From: an uncultured Archangium sp. | Lineage (GTDB): Bacteria; Myxococcota; Myxococcia; Myxococcales; Myxococcaceae | Assembly: GCA_937875615.1 (NCBI GenBank) | Contig: CALNBU010000553.1 | Location: 1 to 52,390 of the forward strand | Direction of reading: 5' to 3' | DNA: 52,390 bases | Part shown: piece after piece, positions 28,361 through 36,497 of the stretch | Position numbering within the stretch: the stretch's first letter is position 1 | How the letters are laid out: every line of letters begins with the position of its first letter | Translations under genes and position numbers: made by a program | Notes under the pieces: generated by a model | Told to the model about the DNA's origin: nothing | The model's database searches: none | What the model saw: the letters and a program-made list of their open reading frames with translations, nothing else

Positions 28361-29218
28361 TCACTGCTTCGCGTCGAGCGCCTTGAGCTCCTCGAAGCCG
28401 GGCAGCTGCGAGAGGTCAGGCACGATGATGATCTCGATGCGCCGGTTCTGCGCCTTCGCCTCGCGGGTCTCGTTCGAGGCCACCGGGCGGGTGTCGGCGA
28501 AGGACGCGGCGGAGACGCGCTCCGAGAGCAACCCCGCCTCCACCATCGACTTGAGGACGGTGATGGCGCGCGCGGCGGCCAGCTCCCAGTTGCTGGGGTA
28601 CTGCGCCGAGTTGATGGGCACGTTGTCGGTGTGGCCCTCGACCTGGAAGGTGCGCCTGGGGATGGTGGCCAGCACCTGCGCCACCTCGCCGATGGCCTGC
28701 TTTCCCTCCTTCGAGAGGCTGGCGGAGCCGGAGCCGAAGAGGATGTCGGTGGCCAGCACCACCACCATGCGGCCGTCGACGATCTTCACCTTCAGCTTCC
28801 CGGCGTCGATGAGGCTCCGGAAGCGCGCCAGCAGGCTCTTGAACTCGTTGATGCGGCCCTCGGCCTCGGCGCGGCGCTTCTCCAGCTCCGAGAGCGCGCG
28901 GGTCATCTCCTCCACCGACGCCTGCAGCTTGCTCTTGTCCTTGGCGGCGGCGGCGATGTCGCCGCGCAGCTTGTCGATGCGGGCGGTCAGGTCCTTCACG
29001 CGCTCCTGCTCTTCGGCCAGGGCGCGGTCGACCTGCACCTTGTCCTCGGTCAGCCGGAGGTGCTTCGCCTCCAGCTCCGCCAGCGCCCGATTCTTGTCGG
29101 TAAGGTTGACGTCGAGTGCGTCGCGCTCCGCCTTGATGGCGTCGTAGTCTTTCTGCGTATAGCAGCCGATGGTCGGCAGCAGCCCCAGCGTCAGGATGAG
29201 CTTTCGCATGCGGCGCAT
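28361..29218 (-). CDS. OmpA/MotB-domain lipoprotein with an N-terminal coiled coil
   Basis: Start at MRRMRKLILTLGLLPTIG|C (lipobox). A long heptad-like region is followed by the OmpA_C motifs FGSGSASL...GHTDNVP...NWELAAARA...NRRIEI. Confidence 0.85.
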   Translation of the reverse strand: MRRMRKLILTLGLLPTIGCYTQKDYDAIKAERDALDVNLTDKNRALAELEAKHLRLTEDKVQVDRALAEEQERVKDLTARIDKLRGDIAAAAKDKSKLQASVEEMTRALSELEKRRAEAEGRINEFKSLLARFRSLIDAGKLKVKIVDGRMVVVLATDILFGSGSASLSKEGKQAIGEVAQVLATIPRRTFQVEGHTDNVPINSAQYPSNWELAAARAITVLKSMVEAGLLSERVSAASFADTRPVASNETREAKAQNRRIEIIIVPDLSQLPGFEELKALDAKQ

Positions 29219-29318
29219 GTTGCCACAGCGGGCAGGTCCCCACGGCGCCAATCGCTACCGCCAGCATGACGAATTCCACTGTTGATGAACGCGCTCTGTG
29301 ACGTGGCGGTGCGCGTCG

Positions 29319-30356
29319 TCAGTAGCGATTCTTTTCGTAGTCGTGCTCGAGGCCGACGCGCATCATCGTCTTCGAGGCCAGGGTGCGCACCGCCGTCGCG
29401 GCGAGGCCGCGCTGCTTGTTCTGCTTCACGTGGTCGATGAACACGTCGGCGATGCGCGGCAGCGCGCTCCTGGGGACGTGGCGCGCGGGGTCCCACAGGC
29501 GAGCGTCGCGCACCGCGGGGCTGTCGAAGAGCTTCGCGGCGTCGAGCTCCAGGCGCAGCGCCAGCTTCGGCGTCTTGCCCTCCACCGCCATCTCCGCGAG
29601 CAGCTCCGGCGCGCTGGTGAGCGAGGCGCGGCCCGTCAGCTCCGCGGCCCGCTCGTCTCCGGGGCTCAGCGCCAGCAGGGCCACCCGCGGTTGTTCGAGC
29701 AGGTTGTGAAAGGTGTCGGTACGGCGATTCCCGGGGCGGTCGGGCACCAGGAGCCGCCCGTCGGCGTCGACGCGGAGGAAGCCCCGCGGGTCACCCTTGG
29801 GGCTGGCGTCGGCGGCGCCGGTGGCGTCCCAGGAGGTCAACACCACGAAGGGCGACGCCGCGAGGAACGTACGGAGCGCGGGCTCGCTCAGGGGGCTGCC
29901 GGCCACGGACGGCAGCGGCACGATGGGGGCTGTTGGCGCGCTCGCGCTCCACAGCGAAGAGCGGAGAATCGACTTGGCGCAGTGCACGAAGGCCTCCTCG
30001 ACCCGCAGCGTGAGGTGAAGGCCGTCGAGCGAGGCGCGGCCGTTGATGCGCAGCGTCTCGCCCAGGCCCGGCACCAGGAAGACCAGCGAACAGCCCACCG
30101 TGAGGTCGAGGGCGAGCGGCTCCGGCAGCTGCAGGCGGAGGTGGTGCTCGTCGAGGGCCTCGGCGAAGCCCGCCGCGCCGCCCACCGGAATCGCGCGCGC
30201 CCGCCCGGCCGGGTCACAGGCGCCCAGCACCGCGAAGGGCGCGCAGCGGAGCAGGTGACGGCAGTGCCCGTCGAGCAGGTCGATGGACTTCATCAGCACG
30301 GCCAGGGGGCGCGCGCCCACCAGCGCCTCCAACGCGGTCACGGTCGTGAGCTCCAT
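29319..30356 (-). CDS. Tandem split-barrel PPOX-like (pyridoxamine 5'-phosphate oxidase family) FMN-binding protein
   Basis: Start at MELTTV. Two copies of the pattern ...PG..ETLRINGRASL / ...PDRPGNRRTDTFHNLLEQPRVALLALSPGDERAAELTGRASL. Function is unknown. Confidence 0.6.
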   Translation of the reverse strand: MELTTVTALEALVGARPLAVLMKSIDLLDGHCRHLLRCAPFAVLGACDPAGRARAIPVGGAAGFAEALDEHHLRLQLPEPLALDLTVGCSLVFLVPGLGETLRINGRASLDGLHLTLRVEEAFVHCAKSILRSSLWSASAPTAPIVPLPSVAGSPLSEPALRTFLAASPFVVLTSWDATGAADASPKGDPRGFLRVDADGRLLVPDRPGNRRTDTFHNLLEQPRVALLALSPGDERAAELTGRASLTSAPELLAEMAVEGKTPKLALRLELDAAKLFDSPAVRDARLWDPARHVPRSALPRIADVFIDHVKQNKQRGLAATAVRTLASKTMMRVGLEHDYEKNRY

Positions 30357-30530
30357 GGCCCCACGAGAGTCTATTTTGAGTTTGATTTGCAAGACCGACT
30401 GTCCATCCAGTCAGCGCGCGCACCGGGCGCCGTGGCGGGGTGGCCACGTGGTGCGGCCATCAAGACGCGCGCGCGCGTGCGCTGCCCGCGCTACAACGCG
30501 TTCGCCCACTTCTTGCTTCCGAGGGGACTC

Positions 30531-33500
30531 ATGCACGCTCGCCGTCTGCTCGTTTCAACCGTTTGCTTCGCCGTGGTCGCCGGCTGCACCTGCGGCGGGT
30601 CCACCACCCCGACCGACCCGATGACGCCGGGCCAGGACGCGCCGGCGCAGGCGCTGAGCCCGCTCCCGGAGCCGCCGAAGCTGGACCTGGCGCTGGAGCC
30701 GCTGCCCGGCGCCGACGGCTCCCTGGCGGTGGTCGCGCGACGGCCGCAGGGCGATGTGCGCGGCGAGGTGCGGCCCACGGTCACCTTCTCGAAGCCCATC
30801 AAGTCGCTGGAGGTCGTCGAGGACCAGCGCGCCGCCGACGAGAAGGCGCCCTTCGCCCGAATCGACCCTCCGCTCGAAGGTGCGTGGCGCTGGCTGGGCT
30901 CGTCGACGGCGGAGTTCGTGCCGAAGGGGCTGGTGCCGTACTCCACCACCTTGACGGTCACCGTCTTCAAGGGGCTCAAGGCGCTCGACGGCTCGACGCT
31001 GAAGGACGACGAGGTGTACTCGTTCTCGACGCCGCGCCTCGCGCTGCAGCAGGTGAGCCCCTTCAACGGCCACCGCTGGCTCGAACCCGACACCACCTTC
31101 AGCCTGCTGTTCAACCAGCCAGTGGAGTCGGCGGAGCTGGAGAAGCAGGTGCGGCTGACGGTGGGCGGGGCGCCAGTGGCGCTCAAGGTCGAGAAGGAGG
31201 CTTCGGTGCAGGACGAGCGCCGGGCGGCGCGCGGTGATGAGCGACCCTGGGAGCAGCTGTCTGACGAGGAGCGCGGCTACCGCAACCGGCAGACCCGCTA
31301 CGTGCTCAAGCCGGCGTCGCCGCTGAAGCTCGACAGCGAGGTGGTGCTGGTGCTGCCGTCGACGCTGCGCGGGAAAGAGGGCCCGCAGACCATGGAGAAC
31401 GAGGAGCGCCGCAGCTTCCGCACCTATGGCCCGCTCAAGTTGGAGTCGGTCGGCTTCTGCGAGCGCGGCTGGCGTTGCCCGTACGGCCCGATGACGGTCT
31501 TCACCAGCAACGAGGTCGACGTGGAGACGCTCAAGTCACGGCTGAAGGTGACGCCGGAGGTGGAGCTCGACTGGGAGCGCGCCGAGGCCTGGGCGCCGGA
31601 GTCGGAGTGGGCCATGAGCAACCAGCGCCCGCTGGTGCGGCTGCCGGGAAAGTGGCGGCCCGGCACGAAGTACAAGTTGGAGATCTCCTCCGGCGTGGGC
31701 GACGTCTTCAAGCAGACGGCGAAGGAGGGCCTCGATGGGCAGGCGAGCACCGATGATCTGCGAGCGGCGCTCACCACCGGGCCTGCCCTGGGCATGCTCG
31801 AGAAGACCGCCGCCGCGCCGGTGCTGACCGTCGACGTCGCCAACCTGAAGGAACTCGACGTCTCGATGTGGAGGCTGTCGGACGACGAGCTGGCGCGGCT
31901 GCTGGTGTCCAACTCGCCCGGAGACTGGTCGATGCTGGGGCGCGCGGCGGACTTCGCCGAGAAGGAGCAGCTCAAGTACCCGCACAACACCTCGCGGGTG
32001 CATCCGCTCAAGCTGAAGAAGGTGCTGGGCGCGGCGACCGGTGGCGCGGTGCTGGCGGTGACCAACTCTCCCCAGCTGGAGTACCGACCGGCCCGCGGCT
32101 TCCAGCAGTTGCTGCAGATTACCGACCTCGCGGCGCACGTGAAGGTGGGGCCGAAGTCGTCGCTGGCGTGGGTGACGCGCCTCTCCGACGGGCTGCCGGT
32201 CGGCGGCGCGGAGGTGAGCGTCTACAACAGCGTGGGCGAGAAGACGTGGAGCGGCGTCACCAACGCCGACGGCTTCGTGGACGTGCCCTCGGCGAAGGAG
32301 CTCAAGCTCACCCCGCCGCGCTACGACTGGGAGTACCCGCGGGCGGTGGTGTTGGCGAAGAAGGACGGCGACGTCACGGGCACCTCCAGCAGCTGGAGCT
32401 CCGGGGTGGAGCCCTATGAGTTCGGCATCAACACCGGTTGGGAAGGCGAGCAGCCGCGCTCGAACTCCTTCATCTTCACCGACCGCGGCATCTACCGGCC
32501 GGGCGACGAGGTCTTCATCAAGGGCGTGGTGCGCTACCGGGTGCTGGGCGAGCTGCGCGCCCCCGCCGAGGGCAGCGCGCTGCGCGTGGTGGTCACCGAC
32601 GCGCGGGACAACGAGGTCAGCAGCCAGACGGTGAAGGTGTCGAAGTACGGCACCTTCTCGCTCTCGACGAAGGTCGAGCGCGACGGCCCCACCGGCTACT
32701 ACCGCGTGGAGGCCGACGGGAAGGTGGCCGGCGCAGACCTGACGGTCAGCGGGAGCTTCCGGGTCGCCGAGTACCGGGCGCCGCAGTTCCGCGTCGACGT
32801 GCAGAGCAGCCAGCAGGACCTCACCGCCGGCGACACGCTGGAGGCCTCGGTCTTCGCGCGCTACCTCTTCGGCGGCGCCATGAGCGACGTGCAGGTGAAG
32901 TGGTCGGCGCAGCGGACGCAGACCTCGTTCTACCCGCAGGCCGGCGCGGGCTTCACGTTCTCGCAGGAGACCTGGTGGTGGGACGACAACCGCCCGCAGG
33001 ACGCCAGCGGGTTCTTCGCCTCGGGCGAGGGGAAGGCCGACGCGAAGGGCGCGCTGGCGGTGAAGGCCGGCGTCACCGAGGCCCCGGGCGAGAAGCCCTA
33101 CAGCTATTCGTTCGAGGCGGAGGTCACCGACGTGAATCGGCAGGCGGTCGCCGGCCGCACCTCGGTGGTGGTGCACCCCTCGAAGTACTACGTGGGCCTC
33201 AAGGCGGGCTCCTACTTCCTCACCGCGGGCAGCGAGACGGAGCTGCTGGGGCTGGTGCTCGACAACCAGGGCAAGCGCACCGACGCGGTGCCCTTCACCG
33301 TGGCCATCAGCAAGCGTGAGTGGAAGTCGGTGAAGCAGAAGGACGCCTCGGGGGGCTTCAGCACCGTGTCGGAGGCGGTGGAGACCGAGGCGCACCGGTG
33401 CGAGCTCAAGTCGTCGGCCACCGCGGTGCCCTGCCGCTTCACGCCGACCTCGGCGGGCTTCTACATCGTGCGCGGCTCGGTGAAGGACGAAGCGGGTCGC

Positions 33501-36497
33501 ACGCACAGCGCGTCGATGGGCCTCTACGCGCTCGGCACCGAGTGGGTCGCCTGGCAGCGCAACGACACCGACCGCCTCGAGCTGGTGACCGACAAGTCCA
33601 GCTACGACGTGGGCGACGTGGCGAAGGTGCTCATCAAGTCGCCCTACCCGGAGGCGAAGGCGATGTTCACCGTGGAGCGCGAGGGCGTGCTGTCGCGCCA
33701 GTTGCTGCACCTCAAGGGCTCGGTGGTGACGGTCGACGTGCCGGTCACCGAAGACATGGTGCCCAACGTCTTCGCCGGCGTGGTGCTGATGCGCCCGCGG
33801 GTGAGCGAGGGCGGCATCGAGACCGGCGATGACCCGGGTCGGCCGAACGCGCGCGTGGGCCTCATCAAGCTCAACGTGGAGAAGAAGAGCAAGCGGCTGG
33901 CGGTGAACATCAAGACCGACAAGAAGGACTACCAGCCTCGCGAGAAGGTCAACGTCTCCATCGACGTGAAGGACATCAAGGGCGCCGGCGCGAACGGTGA
34001 GGTCACGCTCTACGTGGTCGACGAGGCGGTGCTGCGGCTGACCTCGTACCAGGTGCCGGATCCCATCGCGGCCATCTTCCCCGAGCGGCCGCTCTCGGTA
34101 CGCCTGGGTGAGCCGCTGCTGCACCTGGTGAAGAAGCGCGCCTACGGCGAGAAGGGCGAAGACCAGGGCGGCGGTGGCGGCGGCGACGAGGGCGCGGAGT
34201 TCCGCAACAACTTCAAGACCACGGTGCTGTTCAGCCCCACGCTGGAGCTGAAGGACGGCGTGGCCAGCACCTCCTTCGTGTTGCCCGACAACCTCACCGA
34301 GTTCCGGTTGATGGCGGTGGTGGTGACCCAGAGCGATCGCTTCGGCAGCGGTGAGGCCAGCGTCCGGGTGAACAAGCCGGTGATGGCGCTCCCGGCCTTG
34401 CCGCGCTTCGCGCGGGTGGGCGACGTCTTCGAGGCCGGCGTGGTGGTGCACGCGCACGGCGGCTCGGCGGGCGAGGTGACGGTGACGGCCGCGGTGACCG
34501 GCGCGGCCCAGTTGACGGGGGCGGCCGAGCAGAAGGTGGTGGTGAACGAGGGCGCGCCGAAGGAGGTGCGCTTCGCCTTCAAGGCCACCACCTTCGGTGA
34601 CGCGCGCTTCCGCTTCACCGCGAAGGGCGCGGGGGTGAGCGACGGCGTCGAGCAGGTGATTCCGGTGGAGCTGCCGGTGGAGCTCGACGCGGTGGCCACC
34701 TACGGCGACACCACCGATGCGCGGGTCGAGGGCCTCGTGCCCCCGAAGGAGGTCTACGAAGACCGCGGCGGGTTGACGGTGACCATGGCGTCGACGTCGC
34801 TGGTCGGCTTCGACACCGGGTTCCAGCAGCTCATCGAGTACCCCTACGGGTGTCTGGAGCAGCAGAGCTCGCGGCTGGTGCCCTTCATCGCGCTGCGGGA
34901 GATCGCCGGGCAGTTCAACCTCGCCTGGCCCACGCGCGACAAGAAGAAGGCGGCGAAGGACGACGAGGTGGCGGCGTTGTTCCGCACCTACCTCTACGGC
35001 TCGCTCGACGTGTCCGACAAGCACCACCCCGACGACGTCATCGCGGCCACCGTGAAGAGCATCCTCTCGATGCAGAACGACAACGGCAGCTTCCGCTACT
35101 GGCCCTCGTCGCAGTGCCACGACCCGTGGGTGTCGGCCTACGCGACGATGACCCTGTCGCGCGCGAAGGACGTCGGCTTCGAGGTGCCCAAAGAGAGCCT
35201 GGACAAGGCGGCGCGCTACCTGGCTGACGTGGTGGGCGGCAACTGCGGCAGCTGCTGGTCGGGCCCGTACTGCGGCGACGAGACGCGCGTCTTCGCCTCC
35301 TACGTGCTGGCCCGCATGAAGAAGCCGAGGGCGTCGAGCTACCCCGAGCTCTACGCGCGCCGCGACAAGCTCTCGCTCTTCGGGAAGGCGCTGCTGGCCA
35401 ACGCCATGTACGTAGGCCAGGGCGACCGCAAGCAGGCCAACGCGCTGCTGCAGGAGCTGCTCAACCACGCCAGGGAGTCGCCGAAGGGCGTGTCCTTCGC
35501 CGAGGTCAACTCCGCGACCTACGCCACGCTCTTCAACTCCGACACCCGCACCACCGGCGTGGTGCTGCAGGCGTTGACCGACATCTCACCCGACCACCCC
35601 TACGTGGGAAAGATGGCGAAGTACCTCACCGGCGTGCGCGCGGGTGACGGCCAGTGGCGCTCCACGCAGGAGGCGGCGTGGTCGTTGATGGGCCTCACCC
35701 AGGTGTTGCGCACCAAGGAGCGGGACACGCCCGACTTCAAGGCCTCGCTGCTGATGGGCGCCGGCGAGCTGATGAGCCAGGGCTTCCAGGGGCGGTCGAT
35801 GAAGAGCGAGGTGAAGACCCTGCCCATGAAGGAGCTGCTGGCGAAGTCCGCCGGCGCCGACCAGAAGTTGACCTTCAAGAAGGAGGGCACCGGCGTGCTG
35901 TATTACTCGGCGCTGCTCAGGTACGCGCCGAAGCAGCTGCCCATGAGCTCGCTCGACAACGGGCTCTTCGTGCAGCGCTGGTTCGAGCCCTTCGCCGGCG
36001 GCGGTCAGGCGCTGAAGTTCTCGGCGGGCGACCTGGTGCGGGTGCGGGTGCGCGTGGCCACCAACCAGGAACGTCACTGGGCCGCCTTCGAGGTGCCGCT
36101 CCCCGCGGGCCTGGAGCCCGTCGACACCTCGCTGGCCACCACCGCGCGGCAGGGCAGCGCCCCCGACGAAGAGAGCCGGGAGCCGGGCTACGACGAGGAG
36201 AGCTACGAAGACGGAGAAGAGGGGAACGCCGAGGGCGACTACGACGAGAACCCCTGGGCGTACTCGTTCTGGAGCCCGTTCAACCACATCGAGCTGCGCG
36301 ACAGCCGGGTGGTGGTGTTCGCCGACCACCTGCCGCCGGGCATCCACGTGGCGAGCTTCGTGGCCCGCGCCACCACGCCGGGCACGTATATCCTCAAGCC
36401 CGCGCGCGGTGAGCTGATGTACGAGCCGGAGGTGTGGGGGCGCAGCGAGGGCGGGACCTTCGTGGTGGAGATGCCCTCGGTGGTGACGCAGAAGTGA
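30531..36497 (+). CDS. Bacterial alpha-2-macroglobulin family lipoprotein (YfhM-like) with an intact thioester motif
   Basis: I chose the ATG at 30531; the upstream 411 codons of the 2399-aa ORF are antisense shadow over the PPOX gene. Lipobox VVAG|C. 1988 aa. Thioester CLEQ in YPYGCLEQQSSR at 34851-34862. Followed by pbpC, as in E. coli. Confidence 0.9.
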   Translation: MHARRLLVSTVCFAVVAGCTCGGSTTPTDPMTPGQDAPAQALSPLPEPPKLDLALEPLPGADGSLAVVARRPQGDVRGEVRPTVTFSKPIKSLEVVEDQRAADEKAPFARIDPPLEGAWRWLGSSTAEFVPKGLVPYSTTLTVTVFKGLKALDGSTLKDDEVYSFSTPRLALQQVSPFNGHRWLEPDTTFSLLFNQPVESAELEKQVRLTVGGAPVALKVEKEASVQDERRAARGDERPWEQLSDEERGYRNRQTRYVLKPASPLKLDSEVVLVLPSTLRGKEGPQTMENEERRSFRTYGPLKLESVGFCERGWRCPYGPMTVFTSNEVDVETLKSRLKVTPEVELDWERAEAWAPESEWAMSNQRPLVRLPGKWRPGTKYKLEISSGVGDVFKQTAKEGLDGQASTDDLRAALTTGPALGMLEKTAAAPVLTVDVANLKELDVSMWRLSDDELARLLVSNSPGDWSMLGRAADFAEKEQLKYPHNTSRVHPLKLKKVLGAATGGAVLAVTNSPQLEYRPARGFQQLLQITDLAAHVKVGPKSSLAWVTRLSDGLPVGGAEVSVYNSVGEKTWSGVTNADGFVDVPSAKELKLTPPRYDWEYPRAVVLAKKDGDVTGTSSSWSSGVEPYEFGINTGWEGEQPRSNSFIFTDRGIYRPGDEVFIKGVVRYRVLGELRAPAEGSALRVVVTDARDNEVSSQTVKVSKYGTFSLSTKVERDGPTGYYRVEADGKVAGADLTVSGSFRVAEYRAPQFRVDVQSSQQDLTAGDTLEASVFARYLFGGAMSDVQVKWSAQRTQTSFYPQAGAGFTFSQETWWWDDNRPQDASGFFASGEGKADAKGALAVKAGVTEAPGEKPYSYSFEAEVTDVNRQAVAGRTSVVVHPSKYYVGLKAGSYFLTAGSETELLGLVLDNQGKRTDAVPFTVAISKREWKSVKQKDASGGFSTVSEAVETEAHRCELKSSATAVPCRFTPTSAGFYIVRGSVKDEAGRTHSASMGLYALGTEWVAWQRNDTDRLELVTDKSSYDVGDVAKVLIKSPYPEAKAMFTVEREGVLSRQLLHLKGSVVTVDVPVTEDMVPNVFAGVVLMRPRVSEGGIETGDDPGRPNARVGLIKLNVEKKSKRLAVNIKTDKKDYQPREKVNVSIDVKDIKGAGANGEVTLYVVDEAVLRLTSYQVPDPIAAIFPERPLSVRLGEPLLHLVKKRAYGEKGEDQGGGGGGDEGAEFRNNFKTTVLFSPTLELKDGVASTSFVLPDNLTEFRLMAVVVTQSDRFGSGEASVRVNKPVMALPALPRFARVGDVFEAGVVVHAHGGSAGEVTVTAAVTGAAQLTGAAEQKVVVNEGAPKEVRFAFKATTFGDARFRFTAKGAGVSDGVEQVIPVELPVELDAVATYGDTTDARVEGLVPPKEVYEDRGGLTVTMASTSLVGFDTGFQQLIEYPYGCLEQQSSRLVPFIALREIAGQFNLAWPTRDKKKAAKDDEVAALFRTYLYGSLDVSDKHHPDDVIAATVKSILSMQNDNGSFRYWPSSQCHDPWVSAYATMTLSRAKDVGFEVPKESLDKAARYLADVVGGNCGSCWSGPYCGDETRVFASYVLARMKKPRASSYPELYARRDKLSLFGKALLANAMYVGQGDRKQANALLQELLNHARESPKGVSFAEVNSATYATLFNSDTRTTGVVLQALTDISPDHPYVGKMAKYLTGVRAGDGQWRSTQEAAWSLMGLTQVLRTKERDTPDFKASLLMGAGELMSQGFQGRSMKSEVKTLPMKELLAKSAGADQKLTFKKEGTGVLYYSALLRYAPKQLPMSSLDNGLFVQRWFEPFAGGGQALKFSAGDLVRVRVRVATNQERHWAAFEVPLPAGLEPVDTSLATTARQGSAPDEESREPGYDEESYEDGEEGNAEGDYDENPWAYSFWSPFNHIELRDSRVVVFADHLPPGIHVASFVARATTPGTYILKPARGELMYEPEVWGRSEGGTFVVEMPSVVTQK

